Below are positions 9,142 through 18,327 of a DNA stretch of 64,000 nt, piece by piece. Origin of the DNA: Candidatus Shapirobacteria bacterium (GTDB taxonomy: Bacteria; Patescibacteriota; Microgenomatia; UBA12405; UBA6130); assembly GCA_027007615.1 (NCBI GenBank), contig JALTFB010000031.1:314-64313 (forward strand), written 5' to 3'. Numbering within the stretch: position 1 is the stretch's first letter; the number at the start of each line of letters is the position of its first letter. The notes beneath the pieces were generated by a model. That model did no database searches. It had not been told where the DNA came from and was given only the letters and a program-made list of their open reading frames with translations. Both the position numbers and the translations under genes were made by a program.

Positions 9142-9681
9142 TTAATACTTTGAGCCCACATCTTCTCCAAACTGCCTCATCAATTTCTGAAAAGTATCAA
9201 TAACTAAGCTCTTAGCAAAGCCGAACTCTATTTCCGAGAATGATTTTTTTAATTCGCTTGCTATTCTCTTCTTGTTGTTTCTCAAAATATGCTTGGAATA
9301 CCACTTTTGTCCTTTAGGATCCATAATCAATGCCATAGAATCAGCAGATCGCAAGATGCGCGCTTCCAATAACCTAAAATTTTGATATTTTATACATTTA
9401 ACCACCTTGTTAATTTTCTCTTTATTAAAGCCTAACCCACTAAGAAGCTTTTCTGCCAATTTAGCACTGATTTTTTCATGCCCCGGCGCTAATAGCTCTT
9501 TCTTGCCAACATCATGTAAAAGCGCCGCTGCTTCTACAACATCCCTATCCCCTCCCAGTTGTTTCTGTAGTAGCAAGGCAAATTTTCTGACCATAAATGC
9601 ATGCTTCCAATAAAGATCCCCCTGTGTCCACTTCATCACTTTTACATAACCCTCTATCTTCTTGCGTATTTTCATATTCAT
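9142..9681 (-). CDS. HD-domain phosphohydrolase
   Basis: 179 aa with the H..HD motif (AALLHDVGK). Sits in an AT-rich stretch. Confidence 0.65.
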   Translation of the reverse strand: MNMKIRKKIEGYVKVMKWTQGDLYWKHAFMVRKFALLLQKQLGGDRDVVEAAALLHDVGKKELLAPGHEKISAKLAEKLLSGLGFNKEKINKVVKCIKYQNFRLLEARILRSADSMALIMDPKGQKWYSKHILRNNKKRIASELKKSFSEIEFGFAKSLVIDTFQKLMRQFGEDVGSKY

Positions 9682-9763
9682 AGTAAATTATGCCAGAAAT
9701 CTGTTTTTAGCTAACCAATTTTGAAACGATTATGAATATTAATCAAAAACATACCCGACGACA

Positions 9764-9792
9764 TTGCCAAGCCTCTACATGCATTCTATAAT
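9764..9792 (+). promoter_or_regulatory. Candidate sigma-70 promoter for the nucleotidyltransferase gene
   Basis: TTGCCA (9764..9769), 17-nt spacer, TATAAT (9787..9792), ATG at 9802. The leader would be very short. Confidence 0.3.
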
Positions 9793-9801
9793 TCTCTTAT
9801 A

Positions 9802-10227
9802 ATGGATTTCAATGCTAAACTCGCCCCGCTAGGCTTATTTCCATCTAACTGTATTGTCATCGGTTCCGGCATACTAGATATTCTAGGTCTCCGTAAAAGT
9901 CACGATATCGATCTAGTTATTACTCGAGACAAATATCAAGCACTCAGTAAGAGCAAACAGTTCCGGAAAAAGCGAGTGTTTGATTGTAATATCCTCACCA
10001 ATAACATATTCGAAATTGGTACCGCCTGGAATATTCTTGGGAAAAAACAACGCCTTGAGGACTTATTGCCTTATTCTGTTGTTATAAAAAACGCCCGTTT
10101 TATTGCTTTAGAATTTCTTCTGAAAGTAAAGGAGTCGTGGCTTCAAGAAAAGAAGCCTCCTCGAGAAAAAGATATTATTGACGTCCGTCTAATTTCAGAA
10201 TATCTAAAGCGGCACACTGTTCATTAG
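9802..10227 (+). CDS. Small nucleotidyltransferase-fold protein (Pol-beta superfamily, ANT/MNT-like)
   Basis: 141 aa. GSGILDILGLRKSHDIDLVI matches the GS..(10)..D.D nucleotidyltransferase motif. AT-rich context. Confidence 0.45.
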   Translation: MDFNAKLAPLGLFPSNCIVIGSGILDILGLRKSHDIDLVITRDKYQALSKSKQFRKKRVFDCNILTNNIFEIGTAWNILGKKQRLEDLLPYSVVIKNARFIALEFLLKVKESWLQEKKPPREKDIIDVRLISEYLKRHTVH

Positions 10228-10277
10228 TTCAGTACATCTTTAAAACTCAAAAATTAAGGTATAATGTAGCAAGAATA

Positions 10278-10353
10278 CGGGGAGTGGCGCAGCTGGAAGC
10301 GCGCACGCATGGGGTGCGTGAGGCCGCGGGTTCGAATCCCGCCTCCCCGACCA
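10278..10353 (+). tRNA. tRNA-Pro (anticodon GGG), CCA encoded
   Basis: Acceptor CGGGGAG/CTCCCCG. Anticodon stem CACGC/GCGTG with loop ATGGGGT. T-arm GCGGG-TTCGAAT-CCCGC. 3' ACCA. The 105-aa minus ORF 10247..10564 overlapping it is spurious. Confidence 0.8.
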
Positions 10354-10386
10354 AACAACACCCACTTGTAAAATTTCTAATATAGC

Positions 10387-11442
10387 CTAAACAAACAAAA
10401 CAATTCCCCCCATCAGCAAAAGCAAAACACCCGCGATCAGGTGAAGATTGCGAATATGCTTTTGGCGTTTTTCTTCCAATTTTTCCAAACTCATCCCCCG
10501 CCAAGCTCCCAGCGTTATCAGCAACATGGGACTGATAAAAACAAAGTTGTAAAGCGCCAACCACAATAGAGCGCGCCGGTAATGCTCACGAGCCGCCAGC
10601 CAGCCGGTAACCACCACATATGGGCCCGAGGTGCAAGGCAGAAGGAAAAAGCTAACCAGCAGCCCTACAGCCGCCGCTGCCAAGGGAGAACCAGCCGACC
10701 GCAACAGCCGCTGCATGGCCGGCCGCCAGCGGCGGGGAACTTCCATTACAAAGCCGCCCGCTCCATAAGCAAAATAATCTTTAATGTTAAAAATCCCCAA
10801 AATAATCGCCAGCGCCGCCACCGCTTTCAAAAAAACTGCGGAAAGATGGCCCATAAAAGCTAAGCGGTATAACCCCAGCCCAAATCCATAATAGGCGGCA
10901 AAAATTGCCGCCGAAAAAGCTAATCCCGCTCTAAAAATTCGCTTTTTTTCTCCCGCCGCCAAAACTGTTGCTAACAGCAAAATGAGAACGGCAAAAGCGC
11001 AAGGATTGATCGCATCCGTAGCGGCTCCCATTAAAACCATCGGCAAAGTTATTGCTGCATTATTTGGAGATTTCACATGAACCGGTGCCGGATTTTGGCT
11101 TTCAACCACACCGGCCAATTTACTAATAATCGGACTATCGCCGAGATAACATTGGCCGTCAATAATAGCCAAAGGAACGCCCGCCTTGGCAATGGGAATA
11201 TTGCATTGTTTTGCCGCTGCCAAAAATTTTTGCCTATTTTCAGAATGTTGGTAAATTTCCAATTGCTCGACTTGCCATTGCGGACCAAGAGGATGGCTTT
11301 GTAAATACGAACGAACCTTTTCACAATGGGGGCACCCTTGGCCCCAAAAAAGCTTTATCTGATGTTGAAAGGCGGCATTTACCCCCAATCGGCCCATTAA
11401 CAAAAACAATCCCAGCACCAAAAATATTATGATTTTTTTCAT
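10387..11442 (-). CDS. Thiol:disulfide interchange membrane protein: N-terminal DsbA/glutaredoxin-like CPHC domain fused to a CcdA/DsbD transmembrane electron-transfer domain
   Basis: Signal/TM, then GQGCPHCEKV thioredoxin-fold motif, then a polytopic domain with the two CcdA cysteines (NPCAF, LPCTSGP). Confidence 0.7.
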   Translation of the reverse strand: MKKIIIFLVLGLFLLMGRLGVNAAFQHQIKLFWGQGCPHCEKVRSYLQSHPLGPQWQVEQLEIYQHSENRQKFLAAAKQCNIPIAKAGVPLAIIDGQCYLGDSPIISKLAGVVESQNPAPVHVKSPNNAAITLPMVLMGAATDAINPCAFAVLILLLATVLAAGEKKRIFRAGLAFSAAIFAAYYGFGLGLYRLAFMGHLSAVFLKAVAALAIILGIFNIKDYFAYGAGGFVMEVPRRWRPAMQRLLRSAGSPLAAAAVGLLVSFFLLPCTSGPYVVVTGWLAAREHYRRALLWLALYNFVFISPMLLITLGAWRGMSLEKLEEKRQKHIRNLHLIAGVLLLLMGGIVLFV

Positions 11443-11476
11443 TTACTCATATTAACCAATTTCAAACAATCGTTCA

Positions 11477-11504
11477 ATTATAACCCCCTATACAATATCT
11501 CCAA
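11477..11504 (-). promoter_or_regulatory. Candidate promoter for the DsbA-CcdA fusion gene
   Basis: On minus: TTGGAG, 16-nt spacer, TATAAT, ~35 nt upstream of ATG 11442. Confidence 0.25.
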
Positions 11505-11604
11505 AATTTACCAAAGTATAGCTATAATTAATAATTTCAATATTAACCCAGCTCGCTTCGTTATATTTTATGAATTGCTTTCGGAAGGTCAACAAACTCA
11601 CCCC

Positions 11605-11625
11605 GCGCTAAGAAATTAGCGCCCG
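11605..11625 (-). terminator. Intrinsic terminator hairpin downstream of rpsI
   Basis: GCGCTAA-GAAA-TTAGCGC inverted repeat immediately 3' of the rpsI stop. T-rich flanks on both strands. Confidence 0.4.
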
Positions 11626-11628
11626 TTT

Positions 11629-12033
11629 TTACCGCTTTGGTGATTGCTTTTTCTTGCGGGCGCGGCCCATCTGCCCCGCCTTGCGCCGTTCGCGAGCCCG
11701 AGCATCAACAGTCAAAAGTTTGGCTTTCTTAAGCGGCTGGCGATAAAGGCTGGTGTTCATTTTTACCAGCGCCCGCGCCAATGCCAAGCGGGTCGCTTCC
11801 GCCTGGCCGCCCAGACCCCCGCCCCGGACTACAATTCGCGCCCAAACTCTTTTGAGAGTATCCGTTACCTCTAAAGGTTGCCGATAAACAGACCGAAAAA
11901 ATTCCCCGGGAAAATACTTTTCTATTGGCTTGCCGTTCACAGTAGTGGGCTGGCGGCCCAAAAAAAGGCGGACTACCGCCCGAGCCGTTTTACGCCTTCC
12001 CACCGCATAAAAGTATTTCTTCTTACTGGTCAT
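11629..12033 (-). CDS. rpsI: 30S ribosomal protein S9
   Basis: GGGLGGQAEATRLALARAL and C-terminal ..RKAGQ..RKKKQSPKR. Confidence 0.9.
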   Translation of the reverse strand: MTSKKKYFYAVGRRKTARAVVRLFLGRQPTTVNGKPIEKYFPGEFFRSVYRQPLEVTDTLKRVWARIVVRGGGLGGQAEATRLALARALVKMNTSLYRQPLKKAKLLTVDARARERRKAGQMGRARKKKQSPKR

Positions 12034-12449
12034 TTTTCTTTCAGTTTATCAGCATAAGGGTGCTGATATCCATTAAAAATCTTTAAACGCTTTAATCTTT
12101 CGGCGCGCAACTTATTCTTAGGCAACATTCCCCGCACCGCCAATCTGATAACTCGCGAAGGGTCTTTAGCCATCATTTGCTTAAGAGTTAGTTCTTTCAA
12201 ATTACCCAAATAGCCCGTATGGTGATAGTACATTTTCTGTTTCATTTTCCGGCCAGTGAAGACCACCTTGGCGGCATTGGTCACCACAACATAATCGCCC
12301 ATATCCAAATAAGGGGCATAGTTTGGCCTGTGTTTGCCAATCAGCCATTGGGACGCTTGAGTCGCCAGGCGCCCCAAAATTTTATTTTCAGCATTGATTA
12401 AATGCCAATCTCGCTTGATGTCTTTTGCCCGCGGCGCATAGGTTTTCAT
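12030..12449 (-). CDS. rplM: 50S ribosomal protein L13
   Basis: MKTYAPRAKDIKRDWHLINAENKILGRLA.. is the canonical L13 N-terminus. Confidence 0.9.
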   Translation of the reverse strand: MKTYAPRAKDIKRDWHLINAENKILGRLATQASQWLIGKHRPNYAPYLDMGDYVVVTNAAKVVFTGRKMKQKMYYHHTGYLGNLKELTLKQMMAKDPSRVIRLAVRGMLPKNKLRAERLKRLKIFNGYQHPYADKLKEK

Positions 12450-12943
12450 TTCCTGCCGCCTTTCTTCATTTCTGTTGCTTTCCCCGACCCGGCCGGCTTC
12501 GGACTGGCCTTAGGTTTACCGGCTTTAGGCTTGGCTCCCCGTTTCTCTGCCTTCAGCGGTAGCTTAGATTTTTTTGCTTCTTTCTTAATTTCCACCGGCT
12601 GGCTAAATTCCAAACGATACATTGCAGTGCTGTCACCCCGCCGCTGCCGCCAGGGCCTGATGCGGGTAAAGCCGCTTTCCCCCTTCAACTGGCTAAAAAC
12701 TTCCACCAAGTGATTGACAAAATGCTGGTCGGGCCAAAAACGGAAAAGATGGCGGCGGCCGGCCAAGCTGCCCGACTTGCCGCGGCTAATCAGGCGTTCT
12801 ACCAAGCGCTGGGTAGCAATTATCTTTGCCCTGCTTGATTTAATTCGACCATGCAGGAAGAAAGCCCGCGCCAGGTTCTTTAAAAGCGCTCGCCGATGAT
12901 CATAATCCCGGCTTAGCTTGCGTGTCTTCTTTCGATGGCGCAT
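12446..12943 (-). CDS. rplQ: 50S ribosomal protein L17 with a Lys/Pro/Ala-rich C-terminal tail
   Basis: MRHRKKTRKLSRDYDHRRALLKNLA.. is the L17 core. A ~45 aa basic extension follows. Confidence 0.9.
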   Translation of the reverse strand: MRHRKKTRKLSRDYDHRRALLKNLARAFFLHGRIKSSRAKIIATQRLVERLISRGKSGSLAGRRHLFRFWPDQHFVNHLVEVFSQLKGESGFTRIRPWRQRRGDSTAMYRLEFSQPVEIKKEAKKSKLPLKAEKRGAKPKAGKPKASPKPAGSGKATEMKKGGRK

Positions 12944-12944
12944 T

Positions 12945-13868
12945 TTATTTTACTGCTAAACCTTTCTTGGCCAAAAATTTTATTAACTCTACGGCCGATT
13001 TATCGCCTACGTTTTTAATCTTATCAATATCATCACGGTTAATATCTTTAAAATCCGAGAGCTTTTTGTAACCCGCTTTTTTAAGGGCATTAATAAGCCT
13101 TACCGGCAACTCAAATTCATCGATAATTAAATTTTCCGGAGCCTTTAAGGCTTTTTTTGTCGATGAGCGGACCGCTTTCGCTCTCCTTGTCGGCTTGGAA
13201 TCGCGCACAGCGCTAAAAACGTCAACTAAAATGTCCGCCGCTTGTTTTACCGCCTCCGAGGGCGATAGGGTGCCATCTGTTTCTATCTCTAGGCGCAGCT
13301 GGTCATAGTTTGTCTTCCTGCCAACACGGACAGATTTCACCTGATAGCCAACTTTTTTAACCGGGCTATAAAGAGCGTCTACGGCAATCAACCCCATTTT
13401 GTCAACCTTGCGCTCTTTAGCCAGAGAATAACCCACCCCATAGTCAGCGGTAAACTTAATTTTTAAGCGACTGTCTTTATTGGCCAAATGAGCCAGTTCC
13501 AGATTCTTATTAACGATTTCTACGCCAGCCGGCAATTGGATATCGGCCGCTTTAACCACACCGGGGCCCGTTTTATCTAATTCCATCTTGAAAGAGCCTT
13601 TCTTCTGAGCCTTGATGCGAATTTGCTTGGTATTTAAAATAATCTCCAAAACATCTTCCTTAACGCCTTTCAGGCTAGCAAAAAGATGGCGGGCGCCTTG
13701 AACTTTAACTTGGCTCACCGCCCAGCCCGATAAAGCTGAAAGAAGCGTCCGGCGGAAACTGTTCCCCAAGGTATACCCGAAACCCTGGAATAAGGGGCCA
13801 ATAACAAAAACACCGTTTGTTTTTGTCTGGTCTTTTTTAATAATCGTAAACTGAGTGAAATCCATCAC
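12945..13868 (-). CDS. rpoA: DNA-directed RNA polymerase subunit alpha
   Basis: N-terminal domain VFVIGPLFQGFGYTLGNSFRRTLLSAL and a C-terminal CTD. Confidence 0.9.
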   Translation of the reverse strand: MMDFTQFTIIKKDQTKTNGVFVIGPLFQGFGYTLGNSFRRTLLSALSGWAVSQVKVQGARHLFASLKGVKEDVLEIILNTKQIRIKAQKKGSFKMELDKTGPGVVKAADIQLPAGVEIVNKNLELAHLANKDSRLKIKFTADYGVGYSLAKERKVDKMGLIAVDALYSPVKKVGYQVKSVRVGRKTNYDQLRLEIETDGTLSPSEAVKQAADILVDVFSAVRDSKPTRRAKAVRSSTKKALKAPENLIIDEFELPVRLINALKKAGYKKLSDFKDINRDDIDKIKNVGDKSAVELIKFLAKKGLAVK

Positions 13869-13888
13869 TGTCCTCCTTTAAATAAATT

Positions 13889-14503
13889 TTAACGTGAGTA
13901 AAACTCAACAACTAAGCTTTCATTGACATCTTGCGGCATTTCTTTTCTAACCGGCAAACGCACTATTTCTCCCCTTACTCCCGCCTTTTTCAACCAGGCC
14001 GGCGGTTTGTAGTCGCTTTTCAGCCATTCTGCTATATAAGTTATTGCCTTAGCTTTTTTCCCCAAAGCAATTTTATCACCAATGCGTACAGCATAAGAAG
14101 AAACTTTAACCTTCTTGCCGTTAACTTGGACATGGCCGCTGCGAATCAATTGGCGGGCGGATGCCCGCGAAGGGGCAAATCCAAGCCGATAAACAACGTT
14201 GTCAAGGCGCATTTCCAAATTGGCCAATAAAAGCATGCCCCTGTTTTCCGTCTGTTGCAAACGAAGATAATAATTTTTAAACTGGCGTTCGGAAACACCA
14301 TAAAGGCGCTTTGTCTTTTGCTTTTCTCGCAGCTGTAAACCGTATTCCGATTTTCTAAAACTGCGCCTCAGGCCATGCACTCCGGGCGGAACCGCCCCTT
14401 TCTTCTCCAAAGGGCACTTGGGCGAAAAACAGCGGGCGCCTTTTAAAAAGAGTTTCGTGCCCTCACGACGGCAAATCCGGCATTTTATAGCTCCCTGTTT
14501 CAT
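13889..14503 (-). CDS. rpsD: 30S ribosomal protein S4
   Basis: CRICRREGTKLFLKGARC zinc-type N-terminus. S4 domain present. Confidence 0.9.
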   Translation of the reverse strand: MKQGAIKCRICRREGTKLFLKGARCFSPKCPLEKKGAVPPGVHGLRRSFRKSEYGLQLREKQKTKRLYGVSERQFKNYYLRLQQTENRGMLLLANLEMRLDNVVYRLGFAPSRASARQLIRSGHVQVNGKKVKVSSYAVRIGDKIALGKKAKAITYIAEWLKSDYKPPAWLKKAGVRGEIVRLPVRKEMPQDVNESLVVEFYSR

Positions 14504-14504
14504 A

Positions 14505-14933
14505 TTAGCCCTTCTTCATTTTCGGTGGTCGGGGACCATTGTGAGGAATCGGAGTAACATCGGAGATGGAAATAACATCCAAATCCCTCTTGGCCCGTAA
14601 AACTTTTAATCCCGCTTCCCGGCCCGGACCCGGCCCTTTAACAAAAACTCTGGCCCTTTTCAGCCCCAATTGCACCGCTTTATCCAAACCTTGGGTGACA
14701 GTGGTAATTGCCGCATAAGGCGTCGATTTCCGAGTTCCGCTAAAACCCAAATTGCCTGAAGATATCCAGGCAGCCACTTTCCCATCCACATCCGTAATGG
14801 TTACAATCGTATTGTTAAAAGTGGCATTTATATAGATTCTGCCCTCCACCAAAGGCATTTTTTGTTTTTGCTTTTTCTTTTTTTTTACTTTTTTTATTAT
14901 TTTTTTAACCTTTTTCTCGGTTTTTTTAGCCAT
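14505..14933 (-). CDS. rpsK: 30S ribosomal protein S11, Lys-rich N-terminal extension
   Basis: ..GRIYINATFNNTIVTITDVDGKVAAWISSG.. Confidence 0.9.
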   Translation of the reverse strand: MAKKTEKKVKKIIKKVKKKKKQKQKMPLVEGRIYINATFNNTIVTITDVDGKVAAWISSGNLGFSGTRKSTPYAAITTVTQGLDKAVQLGLKRARVFVKGPGPGREAGLKVLRAKRDLDVISISDVTPIPHNGPRPPKMKKG

Positions 14934-14948
14934 GGATACCTCCTAATT

Positions 14949-15350
14949 CTACTTCGCCTTTTTTTGACTATCTAACTTTGTCCACATTTCCTTTGTCAAT
15001 GCCCCTACTGTTTTCCGTTTGCCTTTGCGAGTCCGGGCGTTATCCCTAGTGCGCTGTCCTCTCACCGGTAACCCGGCTATATGCCTCAATCCTCGATAGG
15101 CTTTAATAATTTTTAAACGGGCAATATTGGCCCGAATTTCCTGCCGCAACTCTCCCTCGATTTTATACTTTTCCAATAAAGCTAAAATCCTAGCCTTTTC
15201 TCCTCCCGTTAATTTTGCCACCCTCTTTGCTTCCGATAATTTCGCCTGCTTTAAAATCTTTCGTGCCCGCGTCCGGCCAATCCCATAAACCTTAGTCAGG
15301 CCTATTTCCAACCGCTCTTTATCGGGGATTTCAATACCGCCAAGACGCAT
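14949..15350 (-). CDS. rpsM: 30S ribosomal protein S13
   Basis: MRLGGIEIPDKERLEIGLTKVYGIGRTRARKIL.. Confidence 0.9.
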   Translation of the reverse strand: MRLGGIEIPDKERLEIGLTKVYGIGRTRARKILKQAKLSEAKRVAKLTGGEKARILALLEKYKIEGELRQEIRANIARLKIIKAYRGLRHIAGLPVRGQRTRDNARTRKGKRKTVGALTKEMWTKLDSQKKAK

Positions 15351-15352
15351 TT

Positions 15353-15466
15353 TTACCCCTGGCGCTGTTTATGCCTTGGATTTTTACAAATAACATACAA
15401 ATGGCCGCGCCGCCTGACAATGCGACAATCACGGCATCGTTTTTTAATACTCGACTGCACTTTCAT
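15353..15466 (-). CDS. rpmJ: 50S ribosomal protein L36 (37 aa); absent from the ORF track
   Basis: Minus strand ATG 15466..15464 to TAA 15355..15353 translates [37 protein letters not shown]. Fits exactly between infA and rpsM. Confidence 0.85.
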   Translation of the reverse strand: MKVQSSIKKRCRDCRIVRRRGHLYVICKNPRHKQRQG

Positions 15467-15468
15467 AA

Positions 15469-15690
15469 TTATTTTTCCCTATAAACAATCCGCCCCTTGC
15501 TCAAATCGTAGGCCGATATTTCTACTTTAACGGTGTCGCCCGGAATAACTCTCACATAGTGAACCTTCATCCGGCCGGCCAAATAAGCGAAAATTTCTTT
15601 ACCGCTATCTAGTTTAACCCGAAAAGTGGTATCCGGCAAAGCCTTAACAACCATACCCCTCACTATAATTTTATCTTCTTGTTTAACCAT
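15469..15690 (-). CDS. infA: Translation initiation factor IF-1
   Basis: 73 aa S1-like OB fold ..[35 protein letters not shown].. Confidence 0.9.
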   Translation of the reverse strand: MVKQEDKIIVRGMVVKALPDTTFRVKLDSGKEIFAYLAGRMKVHYVRVIPGDTVKVEISAYDLSKGRIVYREK

Positions 15691-16444
15691 GAACTTCTTT
15701 CTCCCACAAATAAGGGGTTAGGACTTGGCCGCCGCTTTTGGCCACCACTACCGTTTTCTCAAAAAGCGCTGATATTTTACCATCCTTGGTGACAATTGTC
15801 CAGCCATCGCCGGAAACCGCTAATCCCGAATCGCCAACAGAATAAATAACTTCTATCGCTAACGTTTCTCGGGATTTTAATTGATAATCTCCCATTTGTC
15901 CATCCACAAAACCGGGGATGAAGGGTTTGTCATGCAATTTCTTGCCAACACCATGGCCGGTCAAATTCCGCGAACAGTAACCTATCCCGCTCCCCTCGAT
16001 AGTTTTTTGGATTGCCCGGGAAATGTCCCTAACTTTATTGCCGTTTTTAGCTTGGGCAATAGCTTCTGCCAAAGCTTTCTGGCCGGCGGCTAAGAAATCA
16101 TGGTAGCGATCACTTCCCAGCTCCCAACTGTAAGCCATGTCAGTATTGTAGCCTCGGTAATACACCCCCATGTCTAAGCTAATCAAATCTCCGCTACGAA
16201 ATTGTTTCTGGTCGGGTATCCCGTGGACGATTCCCTCATTTAGGTTAATGCACGTCGCCCAGCGGTAACCCGGCACTCGACTAAAAGCCGGCTCCGCCCC
16301 TGCCTGCCGAATAAAATTACTGGCAAAATTTTCAGCCTCAATCAACTTCTTGCCCGGGCGGATGAATTCTCGCGTGGCCGCCAAAGCCCGCGCTAAAATC
16401 AATCCTCCCGCCCGCATGGCGCCAATTCTCTCAGCGGCCTTCAT
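15683..16444 (-). CDS. map: Type I methionine aminopeptidase
   Basis: Metal-binding residues in DMGVYYRGYNTD and HGVG. The track ORF extends to 16507; start trimmed to ATG 16444 (MKAAERIGAMRAGG..) to avoid overlap with adk. Confidence 0.85.
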   Translation of the reverse strand: MKAAERIGAMRAGGLILARALAATREFIRPGKKLIEAENFASNFIRQAGAEPAFSRVPGYRWATCINLNEGIVHGIPDQKQFRSGDLISLDMGVYYRGYNTDMAYSWELGSDRYHDFLAAGQKALAEAIAQAKNGNKVRDISRAIQKTIEGSGIGYCSRNLTGHGVGKKLHDKPFIPGFVDGQMGDYQLKSRETLAIEVIYSVGDSGLAVSGDGWTIVTKDGKISALFEKTVVVAKSGGQVLTPYLWEKEVHG

Positions 16445-17033
16445 TAAAACGTGTGGCCAACATAGCTGCCAGATCATCATTAATAACACTAACAACACGA
16501 GCGCCATCCACGGGAATAAGAATGCCTTTTTGGCGATAATATTTTTTTATGCTACTAATATTCCGCTTATAAAAAGCAAGCCTTTGGCGTAAAATATTTT
16601 CTTTATCGTCTTGACGCCCCGGTTGGAACGGCTTCCCTTGGGACTCCATTTGCCGCCGGCGGGATATAATCACCCTATCTGGCAATTCCAATAAAACAAC
16701 TCCATCCAACGGGCAGCCGTGGCGCTGCAAAAATTCATCAAGCAATTTTGCTTGATTTAAAGTGCGAGGAACCCCGTCAATAATAAAGCCGCCGGGAAGT
16801 ATCTTTTTTAAAGCGCGGAAGAGAACTGCCAAAGTAAGTTCGTCCGGCGCCAATTTGCCAACGTCAAGAAATTTCCGGAGCTTTCCCCCAAGCCCTGTTT
16901 CCCGTTTCACTTCCCGCCGGAAAAGATCTCCCACGGAAAGATGCGCCAATCCAAATTGCCTAGCCAAAAGCGCGGCTTGCGTTCCCTTGCCACCGCCGGA
17001 AGGGCCCAAAATTGCCAAACGTAAATTATTCAT
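16431..17033 (-). CDS. adk: Adenylate kinase
   Basis: MNNLRLAILGPSGGGKGTQA P-loop N-terminus at ATG 17033. The track ORF start at 17072 would overlap secY. Confidence 0.85.
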   Translation of the reverse strand: MNNLRLAILGPSGGGKGTQAALLARQFGLAHLSVGDLFRREVKRETGLGGKLRKFLDVGKLAPDELTLAVLFRALKKILPGGFIIDGVPRTLNQAKLLDEFLQRHGCPLDGVVLLELPDRVIISRRRQMESQGKPFQPGRQDDKENILRQRLAFYKRNISSIKKYYRQKGILIPVDGARVVSVINDDLAAMLATRFNEGR

Positions 17034-17034
17034 T

Positions 17035-18327
17035 TTAAAAATCGTGGTCATAATTCCAGGTTTGAACAACATTCTCTAAAAGGCGATGGATTTCTAAGAG
17101 AACAGAGACAACAATCAAAATTCCTGTTCCCCCCAAGGCCATACTGGAAACATGGGTTAAACGCTGCGCCAATGATGGCAAAACAGCTACCAAGCCCAAA
17201 AAGACAGCTCCGATAAAAGTTACCCTTGAAAGCAGGAACGCAAGCCTTTCTTTAGTCGCTTCCCCGGGCCTAACTCCGGGGATAAAGCCGCCCGATTTCC
17301 GCAAGCGATCGGCCACATCTTCCGGATTAAAAACCACCGTGGTGTAAAAATATGTGAAAATCACCACCAAAAAGAAGTAGCCTAGATTATAAATAAGGCT
17401 TCCGGGTTGAAGCTGTTGGGACATTATTTGTCCCAAATGGGCCAGCGCCGGATTGGGCAAATGCTGCAAAACGCCGCTGATCATCGAGGGCACCGTCACC
17501 AAGGAAAGAGCAAAAATAATCGGCATTACGCCGGCCGTATTAACCTTCAAAGGGAGATAGCTCATCTGGCCTCCATAAACCTGGCCTCCGGAAATGCGCC
17601 GGGCATAGTTTATGGGTACCCGCAAAAAAGCTTCATCCACCATAACGATGGCCGCTATCAATAAAACCATCAAGCCAAAGAAAAACAAAAGAGGGAAAGG
17701 GTTGGTGCCGGCAAAACTCGTTAATGTTTGGAAAATAGCTACCGGATAACGCGCTAAAATTCCCACCAAAATAATTATTGATACCCCATGACCAATGCCA
17801 TATTCATTTATTAGCTCTCCCAAAAACACCAAAACAACCGTGCCGGCCGTCATTGTAAAAGCCAATAAAAAAATTTGCGGTAATGTTAAGGTTCCCAAAA
17901 GGCGTTGGCTCCTAAGCAAAAAGGCCATTCCCAAACCCTGAAGAAACGCCAACGGCACCGTCAAAAGGCGAGTATATTGGTTTAATTTGCGCTGGCCGTA
18001 TTCGCCCTCCTTGCGCAATTCGTCAATCTTGGGCATCACAAAAGCTAAGAGTTGAAAAATTACCGAGGCATTAATGTAAGGGTTTAATCCCAGAGCAATT
18101 ATTGAAAAATTAACCAGGGTACCCCCGGAAAAGATATCTAAGAGGGCGAAAAATTGGTTTTGGGCAAAGAAATTTTTCAGCAAAGAAGTGTCAACGCCCG
18201 GAGCGGGCAGATGGGCTAAAAGCCGAAACCAGACTAAAATAAGCAGCGTAATCCAAAATTTATGGCGGATTTGCGGAATCCGGGCCGCTTGCCAATAAAC
18301 CGCTAACGATTTTCTTACATCAACCAT
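17035..18327 (-). CDS. secY: Preprotein translocase subunit SecY
   Basis: 430 aa, 10 TM helices, in its usual place after L15. Confidence 0.9.
   Translation of the reverse strand: MVDVRKSLAVYWQAARIPQIRHKFWITLLILVWFRLLAHLPAPGVDTSLLKNFFAQNQFFALLDIFSGGTLVNFSIIALGLNPYINASVIFQLLAFVMPKIDELRKEGEYGQRKLNQYTRLLTVPLAFLQGLGMAFLLRSQRLLGTLTLPQIFLLAFTMTAGTVVLVFLGELINEYGIGHGVSIIILVGILARYPVAIFQTLTSFAGTNPFPLLFFFGLMVLLIAAIVMVDEAFLRVPINYARRISGGQVYGGQMSYLPLKVNTAGVMPIIFALSLVTVPSMISGVLQHLPNPALAHLGQIMSQQLQPGSLIYNLGYFFLVVIFTYFYTTVVFNPEDVADRLRKSGGFIPGVRPGEATKERLAFLLSRVTFIGAVFLGLVAVLPSLAQRLTHVSSMALGGTGILIVVSVLLEIHRLLENVVQTWNYDHDF

Noticed and set aside
10247-10564. 105 aa minus-strand ORF
   Set aside because: It fully overlaps tRNA-Pro and the 3' end of the CcdA fusion gene, so it is spurious.
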